This document shows positions 29,998 to 42,570 of a stretch of DNA of 64,000 nucleotides, piece after piece. Origin of the DNA: Candidatus Eiseniibacteriota bacterium. GTDB taxonomy: Bacteria; Eisenbacteria; RBG-16-71-46; CAIMUX01; VGJL01. The number at the start of each line of letters is the position of its first letter. Positions within the stretch are counted from its first letter, which is position 1. The notes beneath the pieces are model-generated. The model made no database searches. It was not told the DNA's origin and saw only the letters and a program-made list of their open reading frames with translations. The position numbers were made by a program, and so were the translations under genes. The stretch covers positions 544,001 to 608,000 of the forward strand of contig CAWBWI010000001.1 in NCBI GenBank assembly GCA_963792585.1, read 5' to 3'.

Positions 29998-30137
29998 CCC
30001 GGATCGCTCTTCGGCTTTTCCGTTGACACCCCATTCCGGGCGCCCGTAGCTTTGAAAGCTCACGATGGATTTCCCCTTTCCCCTCTATCGGTAAATTGAG
30101 CCGGGACTTGAGGGATCAGGGGGGTGGAGGCAACAAG

Positions 30138-31432
30138 GTGCACGGGCCTCGGATCGCAGAAATTGGTGGTTTCGTCGGTCAGTCGGTCGCTCTCCGCGGC
30201 TGGGTCACCCACGTTCGTTCCTCCGGGAAACTCGTCTTCCTGAATCTTCGCGATGGATCCGGCACGATCCAGGCCGTCATCTCGAAGGCCGACGTCCCGC
30301 CCGAGGACTTCGAGCGAGCGCGCGAATTGCAGGTCGAGGCGAGCGTGGAGGTCAACGGCATCGTGCGTGAAGATCCGCGATCGCCGAGCGGCTTCGAGCT
30401 GACCGCCTCCGCCGTGTCATTGATCGGCCCTTCGGTCGAATACCCGATCACACCGAAGGAGCACGGCACCCCCTTCCTGCTCGACCGCCGTCACCTGTGG
30501 CTCCGCTCGAGCCGGACGCATGCAATCCTCTCGATCCGCAACGAGTTCCTGAAGGCCTGCCGGGACTTCTTCTACGATCACGGGTTCACCCTCATCGATG
30601 CGCCGATCTTCACGCCCTCCGCCTGCGAAGGAACGACGACGCTCTTCGAGACCCCCTACTTCGACGAGAAGGCTTACCTGACGCAATCGGGCCAGCTCTA
30701 CATGGAGGCCGCAGCGATGGCCTTCGGCAAGGTCTACTGCCTGGGCCCCACCTTCCGCGCCGAGAAGTCGAAGACCCGCCGGCACCTCACCGAGTTCTGG
30801 ATGCTGGAGCCGGAGATGGCCTTCGCAGATCTCGACGACGTGATGGACGTCGAGGAGGAAATGGTCGAATACCTCGTCGGCCGCGTTCTCGAACGCTGTC
30901 GCGAGCACCTGATCCGTCTCGAGCGAAACCTGGCGCCCCTCGAAGCGGTGCGCCGGCCGTTCCCGCGCATCCACTATGACGAGGCCGTCGCAATGCTTCG
31001 CGCCTCGGGCGCGACGTTCGAATGGGGCGGCGACTTCGGCGCGCCGGACGAGACGCTGATCGCGGGCCGGTTCGATCGGCCGTTCTTCGTCCACCGGTTC
31101 CCGGCGGCGATCAAGGCCTTCTACATGAAGACCCGACCCCATCGACGCGAGGCTCAGCCTCTCGGTCGACCTCCTCGCTCCGGAAGGGTACGGAGAGATC
31201 ATCGGCGGCGGGGCAGAGGGAGGATTCCCTGGAGGTGCTCGAGGGCAAGATCGCCGAGCACGGCCTGCCCAAGGAGTTCTACGAGTGGTACCTCGACCTT
31301 CGGCGTTACGGAAGCGTGCCCCACGCCGGTTTCGGGATGGGGATCGAGCGGACCCTGACGTGGATCTGCGGGCTGGACCACCTTCGGGAGACCATTCCGT
31401 TCCCCCGGATGCTCTACCGGCTCTACCCCTAG
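30138..31432 (+). CDS. asnS: Asparagine--tRNA ligase (frameshifted near 31130-31220, probably assembly error)
   Basis: [68 protein letters not shown]. Confidence 0.93.
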
Positions 31433-31568
31433 ACCCCCGGGCCCTCCGGATGCGCCACCGCATCTTGCGGCGAGAGATTGCCGGAATTGAGTAGCCTTCC
31501 TGGGGAAACCAAGGCCTGCCGCCGCGCGTAAGAGGGCCGGCGTCCTTTCGCGACGGCAAGGAGGAGAC

Positions 31569-32928
31569 ATGACCAAGTTCGCTGATTCCGGGAGACGTTG
31601 GGCGATTCGTGCCGGAGGGGTCATCGCGTGCGCGCTGGCGCTCCTCCCGGGGGGCGCCCCAGCGATGGCGGCGGAGCCGCTTTCGCTCGATCAATGCATC
31701 GACGTCGCGCTGAAGAACAATCCCGGGCTGGCGCAGGCGGGGTGGCAGCTCAAGGGAAGCGAAGCGAACCGGTTGGCGAACATGCAGGCCTTCCTGCCGA
31801 CGCTCGGGTTCCAGATTGCACGGACAAAGAACACGAGCGCCTTCTCCCAGCCGACGATCGATCCCAACACGGGCCAGATCGTCGCGGGAAACGAGAAGGT
31901 GACGGACAAGTACTGGACCGACCAGCTGTCGTTGAGCCAGAACTTGGTGCATCCGCCCGATTGGTACTCGTATGCGGCAAGCAACGCCGACGTCGCCGCA
32001 TCACGCGAGGCGTTCCGGGGCAGTAGAGCAGACCTGATCTACCTGGTTCGCCAGGGCTACTTCGCTCTCCTGGGTCGCATCCTTCTGAAGCAGAACGCCG
32101 AGGAAGCGCTGGCGGTCAGCGAGGAGCAGTTGAAGAGGTCGCAGGCGCTCTTTGATGTCGGGTCGGTCGCCCGCAGCGACGTCCTGCAGTCGCGTGTGAA
32201 CCGCGCGAACGCGGTTCGCGATGAGATCTCGGCCCGCAACGCGGTCGAGCAAACCCGCGCGGCGCTCGCCGTCCTCCTCGGCTTGAACGCCCCGGACCCT
32301 CTCGAAATCCAGCAGGACGTGGAACCGCCGATCGCAACGGAAGTCGATGAAGGCGGCCTGATCCGCGAGGCGCTGGATACGCGACCCGAGGTTCGCCAGG
32401 CGGGCGAGCAACTCCGCGCGGCAAAGCTCCGCTATCGTTCCTCCTGGTGGTCGCACTTCCCGACGCTTGGTCTCACGATGTACTACCAGAAGCAGGCGGG
32501 GACACTGGACCGGACGCTGGACACGGGCCTGATCGATCGCGATGCGCGTTGGGGCTATGCATTCGGCTTCCGGTGGAACATCTTCGACGGGATGTCGACG
32601 TATGGTGCGGTTCGCAGAAACCGCGCGGAGGTCTACTCTTCGCAGGGAGAAGCAACGCCAGGAAGAGCTCAATGCGGGGCTGGGCGTTCGCGAGGCCCGG
32701 ATCTCCATCAACAACGCCAGTGAGGGAATGACCGCGGCCGAGGAGGCCGTCGCCCTGGCCGAAGAGAACTTCAAGCTGCAGCAGGCGCTCTATCAGAACG
32801 GAGCGGGCACGATCCTCGAACTGAACAACGCCCAGGTCGATCGGACCAAGGCAAAGAACGCTCTCGTCGAGGCAACGATCTCCCTCCATCTCGCGAACGC
32901 ACAACTCGATCGTGCCCTCGGCCGCTAG
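31569..32928 (+). CDS. TolC-family outer membrane protein (frameshift about 32645)
   Basis: LSLDQCIDVALKNNP, WNIFDG, YQNGAGTILEL across two frames. Confidence 0.88.
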
Positions 32929-32953
32929 CCGGGACCATCAAGGGGGGAACCGA

Positions 32954-34262
32954 ATGCGTGCTGGAACGAAGCGGATCCTCATCATCGGGGGAGCCGTCGT
33001 TGTTGTCGGGGCGATCATCGTCGCCAACCTGAAGCAGAAATCGGCAGGAAAGGGCACCGAGGTTCGCACGGAGGCGGTCGGGATGCGCCGGATCGAGTCC
33101 TGGGTCCGGGCGCCGGGCAAGGTCCAGCCGGTGTCGAAGGTCCAGGTCTCGAGCAACGTGATGGGCCGCGTGGTGGAACTGGCCGTGCGCGAGGGCCAGC
33201 AGGTCAAGTCGGGCGACCTGCTCCTGCGTCTGGACGACGAACGCTATCGCTCCCAGGTGCAGCAGTACAGGGCGACGATCCTTTCCGCCGAGGCGAGCCG
33301 CACCCTCGCGGAGGCGCAGGCGCGCGAGGCGAAGCAGAATCGCGACCGGAAGGAATCGCTCTCCACGCAGGGGCTCGCATCGACCCAGGAACTCGAGGCG
33401 GCGCGGACGGCCGACGAGGTCGCCGCCGCGCGGGCCGCATCGGCCGCGGAGGATGTCCGCCGGGCCAAGGCCGCCCTCGCGGAGGCCGAGAAGAATCTCC
33501 GGGAGACGGTCTTCATCGCTCCCATGGACGGCACCGTCACCGCGCTCAACGTCGAGGTGGGCGAAAACGTCCTGACCGGAACCATGAACAACCCCGGTAC
33601 GGTGATCCTCACCCTCTCGGACCTGGCCTCGATGGAAGTGCTCGCCGATGTGGACGAGACCGACGTCGTCAACGTCGCGTCGTCGCAGCGCGCGCGCGTC
33701 CTCGTCGACGCGATCCCGGACACGGCGTTCGAAGGCTCCGTGACCCGCGTCGGGCAATCGGGTCGCGGGCTGACGGGGCAGTCGCAGGAGGCGACGAACT
33801 TCGAGGTCGCCGTCCTGCTGAAGAGCCCGCCGAGCACGCTTCCGTCCCGGGATGAACGCGGACGTGGAGATCCAGACCGGCCTGCTCGACAGCACCCTCG
33901 CGGTTCCGCTCCAGGCGCTGACCGCACGGCCGCCGAACGTGGTCGAGCGGTGGAAAGCCAAGCGCGCCGGCACGAAGCTCGCCGATGCCGATACGACGGG
34001 TCCGGATGCCCGCAACCTCGTCGAGGGGGTCTTCATCGACGACGCGGGAAAGGCGAAGTTCATCCCCGTGATCATGGGGCTGCGGGGTGAAACCCACATC
34101 GAGGTGCACGGAGACCTCGCCGTGGGGGCCAAGCTGATCACCGGACCGTATCGCACCCTCCGCAAGCTCTCCGATCAAGAGGCGGTCCGTCTCGAAAAGA
34201 AGAAGGCGGCCGGCAAGCAGAAGAAGGACAAAGAGAGCGACGCGGAGCCGAAGGTCGATTAG
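32954..34262 (+). CDS. MacA-like periplasmic adaptor (frameshift about 33845)
   Basis: [39 protein letters not shown]. Confidence 0.88.
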
Positions 34263-34264
34263 CC

Positions 34265-34980
<716 letters not shown>

Positions 34981-34984
<4 letters not shown>

Positions 34985-36207
34985 ATCTCCTCGAGGCGCT
35001 GCGGCTCGCCCTCGGCATCCTCTGGGCGAATCGTCTCCGGACCTTTCTCACGATTCTCGGCAACGTGGTCGCGGTCAGCTCGGTGGTCGCGGTCGTTGCG
35101 ATCATCGACGGACTCAACCGCTATGTCTCCGACCAGGTTCTGTCGACCGGTAGCCAGGTGTTCACGATCTCGAAATTCGGCTTCGAGAGCGACTACGACA
35201 CCTATCTCAAGATGCTCCGGCGAAAGGACCTCACGATCGCGGACGCGGACGCTCTGGGGCGGCAGATGCAGAACGCCTCGGCCGTTGTCCCGGTCGTCTC
35301 GCGCCGGGAGACCTTGCGCGTCGGCCGATCGCAGGCCACCGGGGCGTCGATCGTGGGCCTCGGCGACGGCTATCCCGAGCTACGAACCCTCGACCTTGCG
35401 GAAGGGCGTCATCTGGCGACGGGAGGACATCCGCGGGCGCGCGGCGGTGGCGGTGATCGGCGATCAAGTCCGGGAGAAGCTCTTCGATCCCATCGACCCG
35501 ATCGGGCGGGAGATTCGCGTGGGCCGGCATCGTTTCCTGATCGTCGGCGTGTTGAAGAAGCGGGGGAGCGGTGCTCGGGCAGTCCCAGGACAACGTCGTT
35601 TGCATACCGGTGACGACCTACACGAAGCTTTTCGGCACGCGAGACATGATGGAGATCAACATCCGCGCGAAGAGCGCCGAGGTGATGCTGGCGGCCGAGG
35701 AAGAGGCGGCTCTCCTCATGAAACTCCGGCGGGGCCTGAACCCGTGGGACGAGCCCGACTTCAACGTCTACACCTCCGAGATGCTCTATACGCTCTATCA
35801 GAACCTCACGAAGGGGATCTACGGCCTCACGATCGGGATCGTGGCCGTGAGCCTGCTGGTCGGCGGGATCGTCATCATGAACATCATGTTCGTCTCGGTC
35901 ACCGAGCGAACGCGCGAGATCGGAATCCGCCGCGCCCTCGGCGCGCGCCGAAGCCGATGTCGTCAAGCAGTTCCTCTCCGAGTCGGTCACCCTCGCCGCC
36001 CTGGGTGGCCTGATCGGGGTGGCGCTCGGCGGCATCGTCGCGATCTGTCCTGCACGCGGCGACTCCATTGCCCGCCACGATTCGACCCTGGTCGGTCGTG
36101 GTCGGCCTGCTTCTCGCCTCTGCCGTCGGGACTCTTCTTCGGGATCTATCCGGCCGCGCGGGCGAGCAGGCTCGATGCCGGTGGAGGCGCTGCGTCATGA
36201 AGTCTGA
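34981..36207 (+). CDS. MacB/FtsX-type ABC permease 1 (multiple frameshifts)
   Basis: [43 protein letters not shown] in successive frames. Confidence 0.85.
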
Positions 36208-37453
36208 GGCGCGCGTCCGCCGCGGCCTTGCCGGCGAGAACGTGCGCATGGCCCTGACGACCCTCTGGTCGCAGAAGCTGCGCTCGGGCCTGACGCTGCT
36301 GGGGATCATCATCGGCGTCGCGACGGTCATCGCCATGGTGAGCCTGATCCAGGGCCTGAACGGCTCGATCGCGACGCCAGATCGGAGCCCTCGGCAGCGG
36401 CGTTCTCTACATTTCGAAGGACGAGGCGGGGATCCACATCGGCGGGATGGAACAGCGGAAGCCACGGAAGGACCTGACCGTCGACGACGCGGATGCGATC
36501 GCGCGACTCTGCCCGGCCGTCGGCGACGGTATCGCCCGAGATTCCGGCAGCGGAAGCGAATCTCCTACGGGCGCGTGGAGACGAAGACGATCTCGGGGTC
36601 GGTCCGGGGAACCGAAGACTACTTCGCGTCGAACAACTGGTCGATCGACGAGGGCGCCCTTCACCGCCGACGACGTCCGGCACTCCTCCGCCGTGTGCGT
36701 GCTCGGCACGTCGGTCGCCGAGCAGCTCTTCCCGTACGGGGGGCGATTGGCGCCAGGAGTCCAGGTCGGGCAGCGAATCTACCGCGTCATCGGGGTCCTC
36801 GTCGCCGCAGGGGAAGTTGTTCGGGCAGGACCAGGACCTGGATCGTCGTCGTGCCGCTGGCGCGGCTTGCGCGGAGCATGGGCTACGGCCGCACCGTCGA
36901 TTTCATCGTCGCCGCGCCGAGCGAGCCCGCGCTCGCCGAGGCTGCGAAGGAGCAGATCGAAGAACTCCTGCGCAGACGCCGCGGCGTGCGGGCCGACCAG
37001 GAGAACGACTTCGGCATCACCTCTCAGGAGAATCTGCTGCAGATCTACAAGCAGGTGACGCAGGGGTTCTTCCTCGTCATGGTCCTGATCTCCTCGATCG
37101 GCCTGATGGTCGGCGGGATCGGCGTGATGAACATGATGCTCGTCTCCGTCCGGGAGCGGACGCGCGAGATCGGTCTGCGGATGGCCGTCGGTTGCCGCCG
37201 GAGGGATCTGCTGGCTCAGTTCCTCGTCGAGGCTTCCGTTCTGACCGGTGCCGGCGGCGTTGTCGGAATCGTCCTCGGGCAGTTGCTCGCCTGCTCGCTA
37301 TCGCACGTTCTGCCCGGTGCCCGGCGGCGGTGAGCCTGCCGTGGGTGCTGGTCGCCGTGGCCGTCTCGGCCTCGATCGGCCTCTTCTTCGGCATGGTAGC
37401 CCGCGTGGCGCGCCTCGCGTCTCGATCCCGTCGAGGCTCTCCGGTACGAGTAG
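36197..37453 (+). CDS. MacB/FtsX-type ABC permease 2 (multiple frameshifts)
   Basis: [46 protein letters not shown]. Confidence 0.85.
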
Positions 37454-37478
37454 CCTGCTCAGCGTGTAAGATCCCCTC

Positions 37479-40342
37479 ATGGACCGAATCGAGATCCACG
37501 GGGCGCGCGAGCACAATCTCAAGAACCTGACCCTCTCCATCCCTCGGGACCGAGCTCACTGTTGTCACCGGCGTGAGCGGGTCGGGAAAGTCGAGCCTCG
37601 CCTTCGATACCCTCTACGCCGAGGGGCAGCGGCGCTACGTCGAGTCGCTTTCCGCCTACGCCCGGCAGTTCCTTGGCCAGATGGAGAAGCCCGACGTCGA
37701 TCGCATCGAAGGACTTTCGCCCGCCATCTCGATCGAACAGCGGATGGCCGGGCACAACCCGCGGTCGACGGTCGCGACGACGACCGAGATCTACGATTAC
37801 CTTCGCGTTCTCTTCGCGCGGATCGGCGTCCAGCATTGCCACCAGTGCGGCAGGAAGATCAGCCGCCAGTCGATCGACGAGATCGTGGAGCGGGTGATGA
37901 AGGAAATGGGGGGCCAGAAGGCGCAGATCCTGGCGCCCGTCGTGAGCGGCCGCAAGGGGGAGTACAAGAAGGAACTCGACGGGCTCGCGCGGCAGGGATT
38001 CCTGCGCGTCCGCGTGGACGGGGAGATCCGAAGTCTCGAGGAGGAGATCCCGCTCGCGAAGACCAAGAAGCACACGATCGAGGTGGTCGTGGACCGGATC
38101 TCGGTCGATGCGGGCCGGCGGCGCAGGATCGCCGACTCGCTGGAAACGGCGCTCGCGGTCGGCAAGCGGACTGCGATCGTGGTGGCGGAGGAAGGGCAAG
38201 AGGCGGTCTTCAGCGAGGAGTCGGCCTGTCCGAACTGCGGGATCAGCTTCGAGGCCCTTCACCCGCGCAACTTCTCGTTCAACAGCCCCTACGGCGCCTG
38301 CGCAAAGTGCCAAGGACTCGGCAACCTGCTCGAGATCGATCCGGAGTCTGCTGATCGCGGATCAGGATCTCTCGGTCGCCGAAGGCGCGCTGCCGGTCTT
38401 CCGTAAGGCGGAGGAGGGCTGGCACGGATCGATCCTGCAAGTCCCTCGCCAAGCGATATGGATTCTCGCTCGACGTTCCCTGGAAGAAGCTCCCGAAGAA
38501 GGCCCGTGATCTGCTCCTCTACGGCACGAAGGGGAGCGAGATCGAGATCGCGCACGTGAGCGAGCGCGGAGAGTTCAAGTGGCGCAGTTCCTTCGAGGGC
38601 GTGGTCGGCAACCTGACCCGTCGCTACCGGGAGACGCAGTCGGAGGAGATCCGGGAGTGGATCGAAGCGTTCATGACCCCGCGTGCCTGCCCGGAGTGCA
38701 AGGGGGCGCGACTGAAGGCGTCGAGTCTCGCCGTGCGTATCGGCAAGCGGAACATCTCCGATCTGACCCACCTCTCGGTACGGGACGGCCTCGCGGCGGT
38801 GGAGGAGCTCGCCCCCGAGGGGCGGGACCACGTGATCGCCGGGCCGATCGTCAAGGAAATCCGGGATCGACTCCGCTTCCTCGTCGGATGTCGGCTTGAC
38901 CTACCTGACGCTCGATCGGGCGTCGGGCACCCTCTCGGGAGGGGAGGCGCAGCGGATCCGCCTGGCAACGCAGATCGGCAGCCAGCTCGTCGGCGTCCTC
39001 TACATCCTGGACGAGCCGTCGATCGGCCTGCACCACCGGGACAACGACCGATTGCTGGCGACCCTGATGCAACTGCGCGATCTTGGAAATACCGTCGTCG
39101 TTGTCGAGCACGACCGCGACACGATGATCGCCGCCGACCACCTCATCGACCTGGGTCCCGGCGCGGGACGGCATGGGGGACACCTGGTAACCGCGGGCAC
39201 GCCGCAGGAGGTGATGGCGCACGCGACCTCGCTGACGGGGCAGTACCTTTCCGGGCGCCGCGAGATTCCGTTGCCCGCGAAGCGTCGGGCGGGCAGCGGC
39301 GAGGCGATCGAGGTCGTCGGGGCCAGGCACAACAACCTCAAGGACATCACCGTTCGCTTTCCTCTCGGCAAGATGATCTGCGTCACCGGCGTCTCGGGAT
39401 CGGGGAAGTCATCGCTCGTCAATGAGATCTTGCACCGCTGCCCTCGCCCGTGCGCTGCACTCCAGCGGGCCGATGCCCGGGCGGCACAGGACCCTGCGTG
39501 GCTTGGAGCACGTCGACAAAGTGATCAACATCGATCAGTCGCCGATCGGCCGTACGCCGCGGTCGAATGCGGCCACCTACACGGGCGCCTTCACGGAGAT
39601 CCGCGATCTCTTCACGCGCCTGCCGGAATCGAGGGTGCGGGGGTACAAGCCGGGGCGCTTCTCCTTCAACGTGAAGGGAGGACGCTGTGAATCGTGCGGA
39701 GGCGACGGGGTCGTGAAGATCGAGATGCACTTTCTCCCGGACGTCTACGTCCGCTGCGAAGTTTGTGGCGGCAAGCGCTACAACCGGGAGACGCTCGAGG
39801 TCGCCTACAAGGGGCGCTCGATCGCCGAGGTGCTCGACCTCACGGTCGAGGAGTCTCTGGCGATGTTCGAGAACATTCCCACGCTGAGACGGAAACTGGG
39901 CGCGCTTCGCGACGTCGGCCTCGGCTACATCCACCTCGGCCAGCCGGCCACGACCCTCTCGGGAGGGGAGGCGCAGCGCGTAAAGCTCGCCACCGAGCTC
40001 TCGAAGGTCTCAACGGGACGGACGGTCTACATCCTCGACGAGCCGACGACCGGACTGCACTTCGAGGACATCCGAATCCTGCTGGAAGTTCTCGGGCGGC
40101 TCGTCGACGCGGGAAACACGGTCATCGTGATCGAACACCAGCTCGACGTTGTCCGCACGGCCGACCACATCATCGACCTCGGACCGGAGGGGGGAGACGC
40201 GGGCGGCCGCGTCGTCGCCACGGGGTCTCCGGAGGAGGTGGCGGGCACGGCGGGCTCCCACACGGGCGTGGCCCTGACGGAGGTCCTTCCAGGCGGGAAG
40301 GCGCGTCGGATCCCGGAGAAGGCCAAGCCCCGCAAGGCCTGA
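37479..40342 (+). CDS. uvrA: Excinuclease ABC subunit A (several frameshifts)
   Basis: [37 protein letters not shown] twice, GRTPRSN, zinc fingers. Confidence 0.95.
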
Positions 40343-40450
40343 ATCCGGATTGCGGCCCCCTGTCCACGGCGGTACAATCAAGGCGCGTTCGATCGCCGAG
40401 CCTCGGTGACCGTCCAAGTCATCAGTAGGTCCCCCCAGGAGACGATCGCG

Positions 40451-41071
40451 ATGAAAGCGATGGCCATCCTTGGTTTTCTGTTTTGCCTGCTTGCGGGTCC
40501 CGCCGGAGCCGACATCGACCCATGGGGCGATTCTCAGTGCACGCTGGACGGTCCCGCCCGCCTCCTCTTGATCCCGGACGGGGATGGCAGCGACGCGCAC
40601 CCACTCGGCGACTTCACGGTGACGATCCACAACGGCATGAACGGGAACCTTCCGATCAACAACGCGATCGTAGAAGTGATCGTCCAGGGACAGCCGGCGG
40701 GGCGCGTCCACCTCTGTCGCGCGTCGGAGCAGCACTACGATCGCACCGGCCCGGACGGGGTCGCCACGATCCACGTGCCGGGTGGCGGTTGTTACAAGGG
40801 GCAGAGTGCGGTCGTCATCCGGGTCAACGGCGTCGAGTTCCGCCGCTATGCCGCCGCCGTCAGCCCGGACTATGCGGGCATCGACGATATCGGCGAGGCG
40901 GGACGGTGGAGCCTGTCGATCACAGCCGCCGACTTCGCCTCTTTCGCAATGGCGTTTCATGGGGGCGGCGCGAGCTGCCACGATTACGACAACAACGGAG
41001 TGACGGGAGCGAGCGATTTCGCCGTGTTTGGCCAGGTCTGGTCGGGCGGTACACGATCCTGCGAACCGTGA
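40451..41071 (+). CDS. Secreted protein with dockerin-like C-terminus (copy 1)
   Basis: Signal peptide; ADFASF...CHDYDNNGVTGASDFAVF; upstream TTGCGG-17-TACAAT. Confidence 0.75.
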   Translation: MKAMAILGFLFCLLAGPAGADIDPWGDSQCTLDGPARLLLIPDGDGSDAHPLGDFTVTIHNGMNGNLPINNAIVEVIVQGQPAGRVHLCRASEQHYDRTGPDGVATIHVPGGGCYKGQSAVVIRVNGVEFRRYAAAVSPDYAGIDDIGEAGRWSLSITAADFASFAMAFHGGGASCHDYDNNGVTGASDFAVFGQVWSGGTRSCEP

Positions 41072-41110
41072 CCAGAGGATTGCCGGAGTGAAATTGCAGG
41101 GAGGTTGAAC

Positions 41111-41713
41111 ATGCGTCTCATTGTCATGCTTTCGATGTGTCTCGGGATCAGCGCGGGGATCGCGGCCGCCGACCTCGAGCTGCCGTGCGTCTCGACGACG
41201 CTGGATGCGTCCCAGCGCCTCCTTCTGATCCCGGACAATGACGGGTCGGACCCGAGCGTTTTCGGCGCCTTCACGGTCACCATCAAGAACAACGAGTGCG
41301 TTCCCATCGAGCACGCCGCCGTGGAGGTATTGATCGCCGGCGGGGAGAAGACGAGGCTGTGCGGGGATGCCGTGAACGTGCAGTACACCGACGCGGCGGG
41401 CGTGGCCACCTTCAACATCCCGGGCGGCGGATGTGTCAAAGGTCGCGACGCGGTCCTGATTCGCGCCAACGGGGTGATCGTCCGCTCCTTCGAGTCGGTC
41501 GTGAGCCCGGACTATGCGGGATGGGACAACGCGGGAGTCCCGAATCGTTGGAGCTTGTCGGTCACGGTCGCCGACTTTGCCGCCTTCGCCACGGCGTTCC
41601 ACAACGGCGGCTCGAGCTGCCACGACTACGACAACAACGGAACGACGGGGGCAGCCGATGTATCGGTCTTCGGCCAGATCTGGTCCGGGGGACAGCGGAG
41701 CTGCTCCCCATAG
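41111..41713 (+). CDS. Secreted protein with dockerin-like C-terminus (copy 2)
   Basis: GGGAGG RBS; paralog of 40451; CHDYDNNGTTGAADVSVF. Confidence 0.75.
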   Translation: MRLIVMLSMCLGISAGIAAADLELPCVSTTLDASQRLLLIPDNDGSDPSVFGAFTVTIKNNECVPIEHAAVEVLIAGGEKTRLCGDAVNVQYTDAAGVATFNIPGGGCVKGRDAVLIRANGVIVRSFESVVSPDYAGWDNAGVPNRWSLSVTVADFAAFATAFHNGGSSCHDYDNNGTTGAADVSVFGQIWSGGQRSCSP

Positions 41714-41806
41714 AGCCCTCCGCGGTTGCCTCGATGTATACAGCGGGGCGCGGGACCTGACGGCCCCGCGCCCCGAACTTCGACGCCTCGAGCCTCTCTC
41801 GAAGCT

Positions 41807-42493
41807 CTAGCGATAGAGCTGCTTCACCCGCCCCCAGGTGGTCGCTGTGACCGGGGTCGAATCCTCGTAGTTCAAGGTCAGATCGTCGATCATCGCGCGG
41901 GGCATGGAGTATTCCCCGCCGAAGGTCGCATAGAGCTGCAGCTGGGTGAAGGCGGGGCCCGTCACCGTGAGGCGCGCGATCGCCGGATTGTCACGGCCGC
42001 CGAGGTCGCTGATCACGAAGGAGGTCGTCGCCACGACCTGGCCCCCGTTGATGGCATCCAGGTGGAATTCGATTCCACCCCACGGACCGTTCTCGTAATA
42101 CGCCAGATCGAGGGTGGCCTCGGTCGCCGGTCCGGCGAGGTCCATGGTGACCGTCGAGAGGGGGCCGATGGTGAGGTTGTCCCCCGGAATGTAGGCGATT
42201 CCGAAGGTCAGCGCATTGACGGGGCTTCCGTAGTCGGGGAAATCGGTGTAGAAGAGGCCCGCGTTCTCGAGGATGAACTCGTCACCCGGCTGGGGGTCGA
42301 AGGTCGACCCGTCGGGGAAGACTCCCGAGACGCCATTGAGATCGTGATAGGTCACGCCCACGTGGGTCAGCGGATCTCCGAGGGGTCCCTCGGTGAGATC
42401 CTCGTAATCGATGACGACCGTCGTGGCGAGGGCCGTCGGCGCCGTCGCAAGGATCGCGACGAAGGCGAAACAGATCGTGGCTGCGAGCTTCAT
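41807..42493 (-). CDS. Secreted beta-rich protein with C-terminal TWGRVKQLYR tail
   Basis: GGAGG RBS, signal peptide, IDYEDL...IDDLT passenger unrelated to paralogs 1-3. Confidence 0.85.
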   Translation of the reverse strand: MKLAATICFAFVAILATAPTALATTVVIDYEDLTEGPLGDPLTHVGVTYHDLNGVSGVFPDGSTFDPQPGDEFILENAGLFYTDFPDYGSPVNALTFGIAYIPGDNLTIGPLSTVTMDLAGPATEATLDLAYYENGPWGGIEFHLDAINGGQVVATTSFVISDLGGRDNPAIARLTVTGPAFTQLQLYATFGGEYSMPRAMIDDLTLNYEDSTPVTATTWGRVKQLYR

Positions 42494-42570
42494 GAAATGG
42501 TCCCTCCGTTAGTCATGCATGGTTGGGGTGGCGTGTATGAGACCGGACTCCGGGATCGCACGGCCGAAAC

